Below are positions 36,692 through 50,700 of a stretch of 64,000 bases of DNA, piece by piece; position 1 is the first letter of the stretch, and each line of letters starts with the position of its first letter. Position numbers and translations under genes: made by a program. Origin of the DNA: Klebsormidium nitens (taxonomy: Eukaryota > Plantae > Klebsormidiophyceae). The stretch lies in contig DF236951.1 of the NCBI GenBank assembly GCA_000708835.1, positions 124,101 through 188,100 on the forward strand. Direction: 5' to 3'. Under the pieces are notes generated by a model, which was given only the letters and a program-made list of their open reading frames with translations, was not told the origin of the DNA and did no database searches.

Positions 36692-37308
36692 CCTGACCTC
36701 CGACCTGATAATCTGTCGTACGTACCTTGTTCTGCATTATAGGCGCGAGCTTCAAGTATCCGATAAGGACTGCGTACATGGTGAACAATGATGGGGGGAG
36801 AGCATGCATGAGATCAACGATCCACGAGGTTTGAACTCTTTTTGATGCCTAATCATATTCGAAGCCGCCAGCTATCGTATCAGTTAACGAATTCCACAAA
36901 CAGGTTACGCATGAGCTCGCCTTCGCATGTCTCACTGGTAAATGACATTGGCCTGCGCTTTCGAGCCAAATCGTTGTCGAGCGTACCTTTCAAATTGATT
37001 TTACTAGACAACCTGCACTGTACTGCTTTCAAGGTCTTATGTAATAGCTTTCTTGGAGGGAATGAATCGTGATCATTGCAAATAATCTGCTCAAAGCAAA
37101 CAACTCAAAAGTTGCAGTATAGGCTGAGCCCTCTCGAGTTTCAAAAGGCACGCTGGGCCCAAGTATACAGCGCTTTCAAGCTTTCACATCATCGGATAGA
37201 AATGTAGCAGCTCGGCAGTCTTCCGAAGTCACTTGAAAATTTTGGTTTCGCGTAGGACGGCCAGAATCCTGGTGATCTTGATTTTTTCCAGGAAGGCAAG
37301 TAAGGAAG

Positions 37309-40300
37309 TCACACAAGGGCAGCTTTTTGGCACTGGGTATTCAGTTCCGTCAGCAGATTAGTGACCTCCATCAGCACGGGTTTGCAGTCCATCTCTTCCC
37401 CTCTCGCTTCTAGGATGTCTTGCGCCTGCCGATTATTTTGCTGCAGCACGCGCATCCGGTGCTCTAGTTTGTCCACGACCACCCAATGCTCGTTCCCGGA
37501 AAGCTGTGCCCTCCGAGCGTCCAGAGCCGCGGCCCCCTCCTGGATCTGGCGCGCGAGCTCGTCTTTCCGGTGCTGTCCCGTAGCACGCTCCGCTTCGAGA
37601 TCCTGGAGGGCGGAAAAGAATGACCAGTTTAGAATGACAGAGCGGGGATGCCACCGAGCTTGGCCGAAGTCGATGAGATTTTAGACCGGCCAAGAGACAG
37701 AACGAGAACTGCACTTTGAGGGTCTTAGAACCCGTCAAAACACCTGTGATGATGAGATTGGCTGATCAAATGTACCTGCGTCCGATGATGTCTGCGATGG
37801 CAATCCTACACCCACGGATTGCCATATATCGCTCAGCGAGCTATTCGGAGAGTTACCTTCTTCCTAGCCTCCCAGCTGTCTTTGGCCTCGGTCTCGTTGC
37901 TGAACCTGCCCATGTCCCGCCTCATCTGCTCCATCTTCTCGTTGATGCTCGCCACCTCCTCTGCGATCTTGCCCTCCAGCACGTTGATCTTATCCAGCTC
38001 AGCCGACCGCTGGTGAATTGCTGCAGCGATGAGGATTAAGCATCTTCGCAACACCGCTCAATTCTCAGAAGGTGCGCGTTCGCCGTGTCCTACTCTAAAA
38101 TCAACTGACAGAGGAACAGTATCAAGATACAAAAAAGATAAGCGCACCCATCTCCTGAGCCTCTTCGATGATGTCTTCCTTTTGCAGCAAACAAAAGGTC
38201 CACAGACATTCCTCTAGTTTGATACTAGTGTCCCGATGACATCATTTTAACAGTCAGAGCGGGCCGGTAAGCTGCGTACCTTCTAGGAGTTTCTGCGGGG
38301 TGGCTTGGGATGGTTCTAGGTGCTTGTGCGCGTCGTCTTCCAGCACATCAAGGTGGCCCTTCGTGCCGTGCTGAGCCTGGTGCTCGTGGCCCTGCAAACA
38401 GGCCAACCTCCATGTGAGACTGTGCAAAGTACAATCTTGGAAGACAGGTGCTTAAAAGCATACATATTAACAGAAGCACACTCAGAAGATGATAGATGAG
38501 ACCGAAAATAGGCCTGCAAACAATCAACTGGTCATCGCGAGGACCAGAGCGAATCTTAACGACGTCCCATCGAAAAAGCAATCATCGTTTTGAATGAAAA
38601 ATAAAGGATGCGGCCTCCAAATGCTTTGCGCATGCTTATTGAAGTCATCTACCAAAGACGCTGCTGAAAACGAGATCACGCATTCCCGTGCGCACCAGGC
38701 TGATCTTTTCGAGCAGTCGGACGATGTTTTGCTGCGCGTCTGCCGTCATCTGCTCGCTGGCCGCCTTCTTCTCCTCGTAGCCGTCGATGAAGCCCTGCAT
38801 GTCGCGGTCCTTGCTCTGCAGCTCGCGGAACTTCTCCTCGTCCTTCTCGTCTGCACGCACACTTACGGTCACTCGCAAAAGCACACGCCCTCCTGAAACA
38901 AACGCTCTCATTACGAAACCCGTTACCGCAGGCACTCGTAAGAATGGCGGAGTCTCAGGCGGCTGCCTTCACGTTCAGCCACGCTAATGAGTGACTAGTG
39001 TATGAAATGAGACCAGCCAGTCATTTTCAGTGATGCTTGGTGGAAAAAATGTTTAGTATGCTTTGCACATCTTTGGCTCAAGAGTTGAAGCAGCAAAAGA
39101 TGCTTCCCTGTTCGCATTGCGAGCGGATACCAACTTTCAAAAGGCCTGGACGTGTCCGGCTCACAGCTCCACGCTTTCTTACCGTGCTGCTCTGTGAGCT
39201 CCGCGTTCAAGCTGTCGAGCGCGCTCTCGTCCCGCCGCAATGCATCTTCCAGCTCTCGGATCTGCTGCTCCGCGGCTGCGATGTCCGTGTTGTCACGGCG
39301 CATCTGCAGCACCGTACAGAGTTCTACGCTTGATAATTACAATAGCCCCTTTCTTCTGCTCCTACTTGGAACAGACTGGTGAATATCCAGAAGTACCTCA
39401 CAGTATAGAGAAAGAACATCTGCACACTGCACGAATTGGTCGGAGGAGGAACCAAAAAGTTGCAGGAGTCAAGCTCGACTCTGCTCTATCCTCGAGATCA
39501 AGTTCGGCGTTTGGGAGAGAGTGCTACATCTACCATCGCAACCGTCTCATTGTGTTGCGCATCTCAAAATCTGCAATTTCAAACCGGGCTTTCTGAGATT
39601 TACGTGACACTCAAAAGACGTGAAGCACCACTTGGTTTGAAAAGGAATCAGCACCTCGCCACCGATTTTTCGACGTGAATGTGATAACGTTTGGCGTCTT
39701 GTTCTGCAATGCCTTTTGACGGCCCACCTTTTGGATGAGCTGCTCGCGCGCCTCCTCGGGGCTGAGCTGCGGCCGCTGCTCCTCGACTTGCAGCTCGCGC
39801 TTGCGCGCGTCGAGCGCGCGGATCTGTTGCTGCAGCACCAGCGCGCGCTGCTTGATGCTGCTGCTCGACAGCTCCTGGAAAAGGGACAGCGAGACACGTG
39901 TCAGAACAGACCCGTGCCTTACAGCTGGTGGGATAAGTGAAGACTGTAAGGTATTGAGCTGTGATGATATGAAGCGACGCGACTTTCTTTGGGCACAGCT
40001 TGGCAGAGGTGCTTTCAGGAAACGGCAACCGAACCCCTGTCCAGCAGAGAGTGAACGCGAAAGGACCGACTTACTGTTTTTGGACCTGTAAAAAAGTTAT
40101 TAAAATGGAGACAAAGCATCTTCTCCTCTTCAAAAGCTGGAGCGCGTGTTTCAGTTTCCCGCGCAATGGCTGTACTAAATGTCCACTACTGAAGAAGCAA
40201 GCAAAGTAGAACGTCCCTTAAAGTACACCTGAGAGCGTGTCGTTCTGCGGAAAGAACCTCTGATTGACCATTCCTGTAATCTACAGCAAATACGAAGAAG

Positions 40301-42785
40301 ACCACCAAGAAAACCACCCCGGCGACGGCCCACCTTCTCCATGGCGGCCAGAGTGCCGTTCATGTCAGCCAGCTGTCGCTCTAGGTCCGCCGTCACGGCT
40401 GCCAGCTGTCGGTTCTCCTGTTGTAGGTCGAGGTATTGCTGCCGCCGCTCGGGGCCCTGCAAAACGAAAGCCACCAGGCCTTTCTTCCTCCTCCTAGTGC
40501 AAAACGAGCTCCCATTACGTTAAGTGTCGCGTAGCCGCGTCCGGCTCGTGAACGGTGCAGTGACCTGCAAGAGCATGTACGCCTCATGCGGACTCTTGCC
40601 CGTTCCTTCTCCGACCAGTCGCAATTTGTACAGGGATACTTTAGAGCGACCTGGCGCGCGCTTGGGCCAGACCGTTCCGCGGCTGTGGTGCCACCTACCA
40701 GTTCGTTCAGCCGCGTCTCCATGCCCCTCTGAATCCTTTCCGCCTCTGCCTCAGCCTCCCGTACTTGCTGCTCCTTCCTGCATTGTATAGAAGGAATCGC
40801 ATGCTTCCCTACTTCACTGAAGCAAGCACTTTGTCCGTTCCATGTCTGTGAACAGTAGCAAGCCGAATGCTTACAAGACACGGCCTCGTTTTCGCCTCAC
40901 TCTGTGTTGAATTGCAGCCTGGCATAGCAAATACGGTGCTTGATTGATAAGGTGCGAGCTAATTGATTTGTTTTCTTACTGCGCGCGCTCAGTGAAGAGG
41001 CCGTCCACTTTGCGCCGCTGCCGGGCGTTCTGCTCCTGGATCGTCCGGAGTTCTTCCTTTAGTTGCTCCAGCGGTACGCTATGGCCTACCTGAAGATGGG
41101 AAAAAGCAGGCGGACGCTTAGGCAACATCGCGTAAGGTTTCGATTGTCATGCATAAGAATACTCGGGAACAGGGCCTGGCCTTGATCTACCTCAGGGCTA
41201 GGAGCAACGATCAAAGCTTTTGCTGCAAACGCCTTTGCAAGGAGGCACATTATAAACTTATATCTTGCGGATTATTCGAGCTCGATGGACTCCTTCATTC
41301 GCAACAATAGACGGCGCCCATTTTCACATATTCTGCTTCCTTCTTTTTTGGTGCAGAAGGGCGTCGCGTTGCTACAAGAGAGTGACGCTCGCAATACTCA
41401 TCAGCTTACGGGTTTTGTCATCCATTTACCGGAGTTGCATCACTTTGTTGTCGAAAGCAACAAGTTTGAGAGCGGTGCCGCCAACCTTGTCCAGCACGAA
41501 ATTGTAGTCCGCAAGCTGTCCTTGCAACCCCTTCACTTCCTTGGTCACCCCTTCCAACCTGAACAACACCCAAGTCGGGGAGAGGGTTTTAAGCAAAGAA
41601 CTTGTCAACTTTCCAACAGCTATATCGGAAAGAGAAAGCAAACCAGTGCAGCTTTTCTTGTTCTTTCAACACCTTGGCCCCCAACAGGAGCTACGTTGCA
41701 CAGTGTGCAAGAAAGGCGAGCTGCTCACTTCCTCTCGAGCTGGGCGCTGGTGGTGTCGTCCTTTTGAAAGCGGCCCATCTCTGAGGTCAGAGAATCAATC
41801 TCTGCCTGCAGCTCCTGCTTCTTGGCTCTCAGGCGCGTCAGGTAGTACGACTTGTCAGCAATCTGCCGGCCGGGACCTGCAATGAGAGCACGCGTGTTCA
41901 GGCTGGGGCTAGTCTGTCACTCGAGGTGAGCGGAAAGAGGTACATTTTTCCAACGCTCAAAAATCCTTCATGTCTGGTTTCGAGCTCGGTACACTCAGCG
42001 TGTGAAGATACTTTTTTCACCATATCGAGGACATGTGCTCACAGAGACCGCATGTGGCTCTTGGCAGCACCCACCAAGAGATGTGTCGGTGTCATTACAG
42101 CAAACAAGGATGACATTTCTGGCGGCTAGTGGGCAGGGTGCCGAGGAGATCACCTTGACTGCCAGTCTTCATCCCCACCAGACCTTGCTGGGTGACGGGC
42201 CTCTCCGAGACCTGAACATCTGTATTCAGCCCAACGCTCCCGGTCCCTGCAAATCACAGTAGCTGGCTCAGCATGCCACCCTGGCTGGATGGTCTTTAGC
42301 TTGGCAGGAGGCTTGTGAAAGAGCGCTGGCATCGTTGAGCTTCTTGCAATCATCATGAACCATCTTAGCTCTCCATTGTCAGTCTCTACACCCTACATAT
42401 GCTCTTTGTTGATCCGCCCCATGCCTTTGATACGCACGGGCTTTAAGAGAAGTGTCCATCAACACGACTTCCATTGTTCAAGGGGCAAACAAGAGACCGC
42501 CGCACTCACCTGGTCTTCCCCCACCTCGCGATGCTAGGCCCCGCATGCCTGCCTTTGCTGTGCCAGGCGCCGCATACCCTGCGGCTGACTGACGGTATGC
42601 TGTCGGCGGTGGTTGCATTCCTCCATTCATGCTGGCGCGCTGTCCTGTTGACGGACGAAAAGGTCCGCCTCCTGCCAAGAGAAACTAGAGTGAGTCGTGC
42701 AACAGGGTGGTAAAACGCAGCTCCCCAACTCATTGCCGTCAAGCTTAAACAGACTACCAAAGCAGCTTCCAATGGAGTGCTTCAT
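37309..42785 (-). CDS. IFT74: Intraflagellar transport protein 74 (IFT-B core)
   Basis: Peptides RPSTGQR...PGTA, VQVSERPVTQQGLVGMKT, GRQIADKSYYLTRLR, LTKEVKGLQGQLADYNFVLDK, RQQYLDLQQE, KQRALVLQQQIRAL...QLSPEEAREQLIQK, RRDNTDIA, EKFRELQSKDRDMQGFIDG, ELDKINVLEGKI occur in the order I recall for algal IFT74. Stop at 37309-37311; first exon/start uncertain. Confidence 0.93.
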
Positions 42786-43807
42786 GAATCAGATACCTCG
42801 ACCTTGCTAAGCAGTCAGGCCGAAACGGTTCCCAACTTCCACCAGCAGCCCTTGTAGGACTATTGCACACTTTTCGTTTCAATGTCTCAGCAAGCTGTTC
42901 TGGCATCAAGAGCCCAAAAACCTCATCAGAGCTCTACACAACCTTTAATGTTCACCTTGAGCAACAAAGCCAAGCACTCTCGAGAAAGCTTCAGCACAGC
43001 TGGAATGTCCGTTGTCAGCAACGGACCCAGATAAAAGGGGCAGCACAATTGAGACGTTGTGCAATCCGTTTCCCTACCTTCCATTGCTCCAGCTTACTTC
43101 GTCAATCTAATGCACCTAGCTTGCTCCAGCTGATCTCTGCCGTGAAATATTGTATTCGATATGGCGGCTCATCGACAATTGGAAGAAAGGGCTTGTTGCA
43201 GACGAGCTACCTGCTTCTATCATGCAATTGGGCTACACAGAGGCTGCCGGCTGAGGCCTGTTTCCTTCAACATCTGCAACATGCAGCTAGGAATACTTCA
43301 AGCAAGATTCGTCAGGTCTTCAAGCTTCAGATGCTGTCCATCATCTTCGATGATCTGTTTTCAGCTGTCCATCCACTTCTGTCCGCTTCTATCCATTTGA
43401 TCGAGCCAGCTTGAGCCGCTTTCTACAGTCGCGAAGTGCGTCCACCTTGTCCAAGGAAAACTTTATCGACGGTGCAGGTGCTTCCCGATTCAAAGGACCG
43501 ACCGTACAGCCGTCAATTCCTCGACGGTTGACAGAAGCTATGCTGGACTCGTCAGGCAGGAACAGAAATTGATTGGTAAGAGTGAAAGAGCAGAACCACT
43601 GCATGAAAGAGTAGCGCACTTTTGCGAATCTCCTGCTTTGGGAGGACGACTTTTTGGTCTATCGAATTTCAAGCATAGGCGTGCGGCTTGTTTGACAGCA
43701 GAGTGTAAAGTGCAGAGAATTCCAGCCTAAGCTGGCTGTTGAGGGGAGGGAGTTTTCGTAGATTGGCAAACGGCGCTCCATTTTTGAGGGCCCTTAACTG
43801 AGGACTT

Positions 43808-46800
43808 ATGGCCAACTTGGAAGAAGCTGACAAGGCTCTTAAGAAGGCGGACAAATAGTGAGATCCTTTTGCCCTGAATTGGATCTGACCGGCCCAGTGT
43901 AGCGAACTCCGCTCGCTGTTGCAGTGATTGGAGAATCTTTGATCTCCTTTAGGCAGCAATGGCTTCTCTCAGCCCATTCAGCCACATCGAACGATTGCGG
44001 TATCTGCCCTGATTGGCGCATAGTTGGTGCTGCAACGCGACACAATTTTCTCTTCATATGATTGCCCTTTAATTTGTTTTGTGAATGCTGTGCAGCACCA
44101 AGGTCACGCTTACTCGATGGGGCCCAGATTTTGAGAAAGCTACGCCTCTTTATGAGAAGGCAGGCAAGTAACCTTGAGAAGTAGAGCCGGCATACTTGGT
44201 TAAGATATGCCGGACTAAACCCTAATGCCAGATATGAACGGAGGGATGAAAGAAACAGATGCTCAATTCCCAGTATCGTCATGCAAGGGTTGCAGACTAT
44301 CTGCCACGCTTGAAGTCAACAGACACTGTTGGAAATTGGCAGTGCAGTGTGTGCTCAAAAGGTTTTTGTTAGAGCCAACAGCTTAAGAGATTGAACTGAT
44401 CGCTTGCTTTATGTTTGCGAGTGTGTAAAGCAACTCTATCTCTCTTGAGTTAATTTCAACGTAGAGAGTGTTCTGCATGGACCTAGCTCCTTTCTTCAAG
44501 GGGTCGGACCTCGCTGCCTCAAGTTTGATTTACCCCAGCTCTCTTTTTGATGCAGCAAGTCTGTACAAGCTGGCCAAGAATCTCGAGCAAGCAAAGCACT
44601 GCTATGAGAGGGCCTCCACTGGCCAATGCCGAACCGACAACAAATGGCTTGGGGCAAAGCATCTTGAGTCGGCCGCTTCCTTGGCAAAAGAGTTGAAGCA
44701 GTGGGACGAGGTACTTGACACTTACAAAAGAGCAGCAGAGCTGTACAACGAAGTTGGGAGACCTCAAGTGGCTGCAGAAGCGTATGGCAAGGCAGCAAAG
44801 TAAGTGATGGTGCTCTGGTGGTTTATTTCACCTAGATACCCTAAGTGTTTGAGGACTTTGACGCGCTTCACACGCGTTTGCTGATAGGAGAACTGCCTAG
44901 CTCACGTCTATGTTCTCTTGTGCATCTTCAAGGTGATTAAGGGTAGTCTGATGGCGCCGGCCAGATTGTATAACCTGAATTTAAGGTGGGACGAAGTGCA
45001 ACACCTGCGTGCAGGGCAATTGAGGCTGAGAGACCAGACGAGGCGATCAAGCTTTACATAGAGGCTATCTCAGTGTTTGAAGAGGAACAAAAGGAGGGAT
45101 TGGCCTCTGATCTGTATCGAGCGGCGGCTGCTTCTATGATCAAGAGCAAAAAGTGAGTCACGGTACATCAAACAGACTCGGTGGTGATGGCTTTGGAGAG
45201 AGCTGTTCGTGTTAGAGATGTAGCTTTTATTAGGCAGCTTTTCTTTCGTGACCCCTATGACGGCCCAGACAGCCGCCTACAAGAGGATCGACCAGTTGAG
45301 TTACTTAATGCTTGGTCTGCTGGAGTTAGGACTGAGTCCGTTGGACTGCCTTTGGCTTCCATCGTTGCTGAAGAAGGTTCTCAAAGCTGCTCAATTGGCA
45401 ATGCACAGAAGCTGCGCTCAAGAGCTTGTTACCCGCTGCTGTTGAAAGTGTCATCCAATGTAAAGGTCTTGATTCGTGCATCTGTCAAATACAGGTATGA
45501 GGACGCAGCAAACCTGTTCATCCGTTGGGGCCAGGCTTGCGATGCAACCAAAGCCGTTGCTTCCCAGTGCAAGGTGAGGGCAGACATTGACAACTTTGCT
45601 TCCTTGCAATTTGTGCTTGTCTGTGGAACAAATGCGGGACCACTTGACTATCATGAGTAGCAAGTGCGTCACTCTTTGCTTGTCTGCAGTAGCTTTCGTT
45701 GAATTACATCAGCCGTTGGAGTAACCGAAGCATGTGAAAGGCAAAACTTGGAACTAATCTGGACGAGCCCGCATCCAGTATGCAGTATTCAGACTGGTCG
45801 GAGTGCTAATGCGAAGAGTGCATATCCGAGAAGCTTCTTCGATTTGTCTTCGCAGCATTATCTCAGTGCCATTATCATCCTCCTTCACGCGGAGGATCTG
45901 GCGAAAGCAGAGTTATGTTACAACGACCTCAGCGGGTAAGTTGCGCTACACTTCTGTCGTGGGTGATTGTTTGCAAATTGCCACTGCAGATGTCTGTGGG
46001 CAAAAGTTGTTGCAGTGATCGCTCAACCGCTCAACTCTGGTCGCAGATCTGTTGCCGGTGGATTGAGACCCTGCTGGTCGCCTGCAAAAGCTTGCATACA
46101 GATGTTGCATTGAAAGTCTTCCACTCTGATTTAAGGCGTCACCTTCTTCGAGGGCCATCTCTGAGAACAATTCAATCTTCAATTTGCTTGACGGATGGTC
46201 TGATCCGCTTCTTGACAGAGTCGATGCATTTAGCAACAGCGAGCAGGGTCGATGCGCCTCCCAACTCTTAGACGCCTATCACGACAAAAATGTGGATGAC
46301 ATCAAGTACATCGTCAAGGATAGCAACGTCATCCCCCATCTAGATCACTTGGTGAGCTCCTGCAAGTCCTTGGTAACTGTATTTCTGAGGAGTCGAGTGA
46401 CGATATTGAAGAGAAAAGCTCCGAAAACAGGAGCAAACGGAAAGTCCATGACAGAATCTTGGATTTGCACTCCGCACGGCAGCCTTCATTAGAGGTTCAG
46501 TTTCAAAGTGCGACCTCTCGAGTTGGCAGAGCCAGGACTCTTTCCGACGGGCAATATGAAGGGTGAGCGGAACTTGCAACTCCGGACCTGCGGGTTAAGA
46601 AGAACACGATTTTAGACTTAATCGTGGGGATTTTAATTGGACGATCTGGCTCAAGGATCCTCGTTGTTTGCACACAAGCTGCAGAGCATAAAGTCAGGGT
46701 GTTCATACCTGAAGTGTTCTGAACGCAGACTGAAGCTTTTCGTGACCCTTAAGGTACCACTTTTGATTCGCCCTCTCTTCTCCGACAGGTTGTCAGACTG

Positions 46801-46914
46801 GCCAAGGGATTGCCAACGGGGAACGTGATTGAGATGAAGAAGAGCGCAAACAAGACGTTAAATATGAAAGACGAGGAAGAGGAACTCGGAATAGACGAAG
46901 ACGACATGACATAG
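43808..46914 (+). CDS. GSNAP: Gamma-soluble NSF attachment protein (gamma-SNAP)
   Basis: MANLEEADKALKKADK / TKVTLTRWGPDFEKATPLYEKA / WLGAKHLESAASLAKELKQWDEV / AAEAYGKAAK / SQCK-HYLSAIIILLHAED / VDAFSNSEQGRCASQLLDAY / LDHL-VVRLAKGLPTG, plus an acidic tail. Seven to eight exons. Confidence 0.93.
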
Positions 46915-47779
46915 TTGAGCAGATGCTCAGGACCTTGCATTTACCGGTGTGCTTGTACCACAGGTCCTTGTCGAAAGTTGATCGTTTTGCAGGCTGCCTC
47001 CTGTCCATGACTGCGTTATATTGCGTTCAACTTTGTTTGATTGCGCACATGTACGTATCCGTCCCGTTGGTATGATGAGCACGGCTGGACTTTGGATATG
47101 AAGCTGGCGCGCAATATGCAAATTGGCGAAGAATCATACGAGCGGAGATTGGTGAACTAGCTGTGACAGCCGCGGCCCGGCCACGTATATGACGGACGGT
47201 AAGCCCCAGTATATAAGAATACTAGCTGACACGTGGACTCATATGCACCGGCCGCGCAACGCACAAGGCGGCCGTGGCATACATGTAGTGTAAAAATAAT
47301 TCGGGCCGGAGGTTGGCATAGTCTGAACTTAGATCCAAGGTGCTACCTGTCCAGTGTCTACTGTTATTTCGAACGATCAGATATATATTTCGGATGTTTC
47401 TGCAAGCTCATTCTCTACTTACATCTAGTAATCTGATCAAAGTGCGGAGTTGGCGCCCACATGTGCACGTGACTGGATCGTCACGTGAGTCTGTACCATT
47501 CTGCGGCGGTTTGCATAGTCCAACTCAGCAGTCCGAGAGAAAGTTATTCGGTCGAGAATTGGGCATGTTTGGGATGCAATACCCCCACCTTTGCGCCTGG
47601 CATGGCGTGAAGTCACACGCGCACCTGGCAAGACGCCGGCGCAGACGTGCTCTATCGATCCGCATCTACTTGTTATCATCAAGGTTGCCGCAAGACACAA
47701 AGTATGACATGTAGGAATCGACTGTGAGCCCGCTTTCCATTAGCTTGTTTAGATCCCATATTGTACACGGCAGCCAAGG

Positions 47780-50700
47780 TCATAGCTTTAATCCCGACAC
47801 CCCCTCGAGAACGCCCTTCAACTCCCAGGTTACGACTTTGCCATCAAGACCCGAAGAGCTGAATCGCGTCGTACTTGAGTAGCCCGCCGGTCCCAGGGCT
47901 TGTAAAGTCCTGACAGAGGTTGGAGGGGCAACGCGTGAGAGCAGAATGTGAGCGGCGTCATGCAAATTGCACAGAACTGCTGCCACCGTGTAATATTTCA
48001 GAGCCGCGCAAACACGGGCACTCTTTCAATGTAGAACAAACGGCGCTTTGAGTGCTTTCTTTGGGAGAAAGCGGACCATAGTCAAAGATCAGCTTCTTTG
48101 CAGCAAGTCGACTAACTGAGCGAGGTAGAGTCCAACATTCGGCAGGCAATTTGCTGCAATGACTTTATAAAGAGCAATTCAAAGAATCGTTCCTGCCCAG
48201 TCATGACCGCCACTTGTCGTCCTCCGGCTCTGCACATTCGACGACCTTCCGCAAAACCAGAAGACAAAGTCAGGCAGATTACTCACGTGATACAGTTTTC
48301 GTGGATAGTGGCGGGGGGCTTGAGCGGTTCCAGGCTGTCGGTCGGCGCACCCTGCCCCTTAAACTTTTCGAAGGCGGACGAAAACGTGGAGCCCGACTTC
48401 TCCGCTGAAGAAGCCTTCGGCTCGTCCAAGTTTTTCAGCAGGCACCAAGACCCGCTGTCATTCAGGCCGAAAAGAAACGGGACGTTGTCGTAGCCCGCCG
48501 CAACGAGCCGCGTTTCCGATAGGAACAACACCTGCAGAAACGGGTGAAAAAAAGGGGGTCACGACAGCGCAAGCGATATGACGCCACGAGGAAGGTCTTT
48601 GCCAGAGTCGGAGGCGGCAGCCCCCCGCAGTAACGGCTCCTCGAGGTGCAAATAGTCATTTCGTTTCGAGCGTACTTTCCCATCATTGTCAAGGCATCCT
48701 ATTGTTGAATTTTAAGCCCCAGAACTTGGAAAAATCTTGTGATGCCCGTCGATGTCCCTCGCCTCAGACCATAGCATCAACTGGACGTGGAGTGCTTCAT
48801 ATACACAGGACTGGTCGCTTCTGCACACTTCGCAATATTCTATCGACACCCGCTGTAGAAAAGGCGATAAAGCTGAGACTTCGGGGAGCAGGCTCACATC
48901 GTTCTCATATACTGCCTTGTCCGCTGATACTAAAAGCCGCGACCATAATATTTTGTAGTTCCTCACAAGTTGCCATCTTCAAGGCAATGAGAAAGTTCGA
49001 CACACAACCTAAGCGTAGAACAACCACCATCAAAGGGCATTTCGTGGTATCCTCAATCCCTGAGTTGGTCCACAAGCGGAACGCTTACTCACCGCCCGCA
49101 GCGGCAACTCTTTCATAGAGACTGTTTGGACCGGTGTCCCTGCGCCGATGTCAATGACGTGGAGGGACGAGTCATGGGCGGTGAAGGCGAGCTTCTCTCC
49201 GGACGGGGACCAGTCGACATCATGGACCCAGCCGCTTGCCGAGTCAATCTGCATCAGAACCTGGCAGAAGAAACGGGCGAACGGCACAGCGGCCGTCAAG
49301 CAGTGTCCTCGGGGCTCTTTGTGCGCCTTGAAAAACGACATGTTTCCATGTTCACTTTGCGCCAACTTTACCCCTGTGCAGGTATATAACACGGCCACCT
49401 TACTTATGCTCAGATGGCTTTGGTGGTTGGATCACAAATCTCTGTTTTCACAGCCGCTTGCAGCGAGTCCCGATATTGCCAGATCTGTATTGAAAAAACC
49501 CATGGAAGGCAATTGTGGCTTCGAGTTGCCGAGCTGGACCCTGCATCCGTTTTGTACAGTAATACCCAATGGCGAGCACGTTGGGCTAGCGGTCAATTTG
49601 AACCGCCGATGCTGGAGAAACCACACGGCATCAGGGTCCTTTCGGCGACTCAAAAACCACGTTCTTGTTTTACGGATTCTGACAAAGCATGCTACAAACA
49701 AAACCGCAACTTTAGCAGTCATCACCACTGTTCGTCGGTCCCATAGGAACAGTGCACTCACGTCCCCGAACTTGGTGTCTCCAACCGCGTCCGTCTTCGC
49801 GTCCACGCCCTTGACAAAGGCGTTGAAGATTCTGCATTTGAAGTCGGTGCTTGCGGTGGCCAGGAGCGCGTTGTTGGGGTGCCACGCCACGCTCTGGACT
49901 GTGGAGCTGTGCTTCTTCCGTATCAGTTTCGACACCCACCTGCAAAACGAGCATGTGACTGGGCAGGGTGAGCAGACGAGCCGCAGTGTCTTGGGCCGAC
50001 ACTTTGCTCTGAGGTGAAGACCATCTGCAGATTGCGGGCAAGTGGCCGAGAAAGAAACGTCGGTGACTTATGTACGAACGGGAAATACAGCAAAGCACTG
50101 GGGCAAGGCTCAACGGAAACGGAGATGAAGAGAGGCCCAATGTGAATTCTAGAAGGTGCTCAAGATGCGACGAACAATGTTTATTACAGGCTTTTTGGGA
50201 TGAGTACATTGCAAGCGAACACTAGCTGGAACAAACTCCTGATATTGTCAGGGCCAGCCAAGATGGCGACCCAAAAACGGGAACATCATTTTCAAAGCTT
50301 ACTAACAATGGGAAAGCGTGGTTGTCAATTCCACAGAAATCAGCGCTTTTATAGTTCATGTTTGACCAAGTTCCTGCCGCCAGTCCTTGCAACTGCTTGG
50401 TTGGTTAATCAGACCTGGCATGTTTGGTTAACATGCTAGCTTAGCGGGACCAACTCCCCCTCACCAGTTGTTTTCTTGTTCGTAGTAGCACACGCAGACG
50501 CTCTTGGCCCCGCTCCCCACTGCAAACTTGTTCTCCTTGCTGCTCCACTTGACTGAGGTGGCGGCCCGTTGCAACCGTAGAATCACCAGCACGGGCTGCC
50601 ACTCCTTGCCGTCAAAGTTCCACACGTATCTGCAAGGTGGCACAACGAAACAGAATGGGCTCCGAAGTGCAGGAGATCTAAGGACTCTCGTATTAAAGAT

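Noticed and set aside
42863-43414. 183-aa plus-strand ORF between IFT74 and gamma-SNAP
   Set aside because: No recognisable motif and atypical codon usage; lies in the likely IFT74 5' region. It cannot be excluded but is unsupported.
49148-50017. 289-aa plus-strand ORF
   Set aside because: Antisense to ARPC1 exons and introns, with no domain features.
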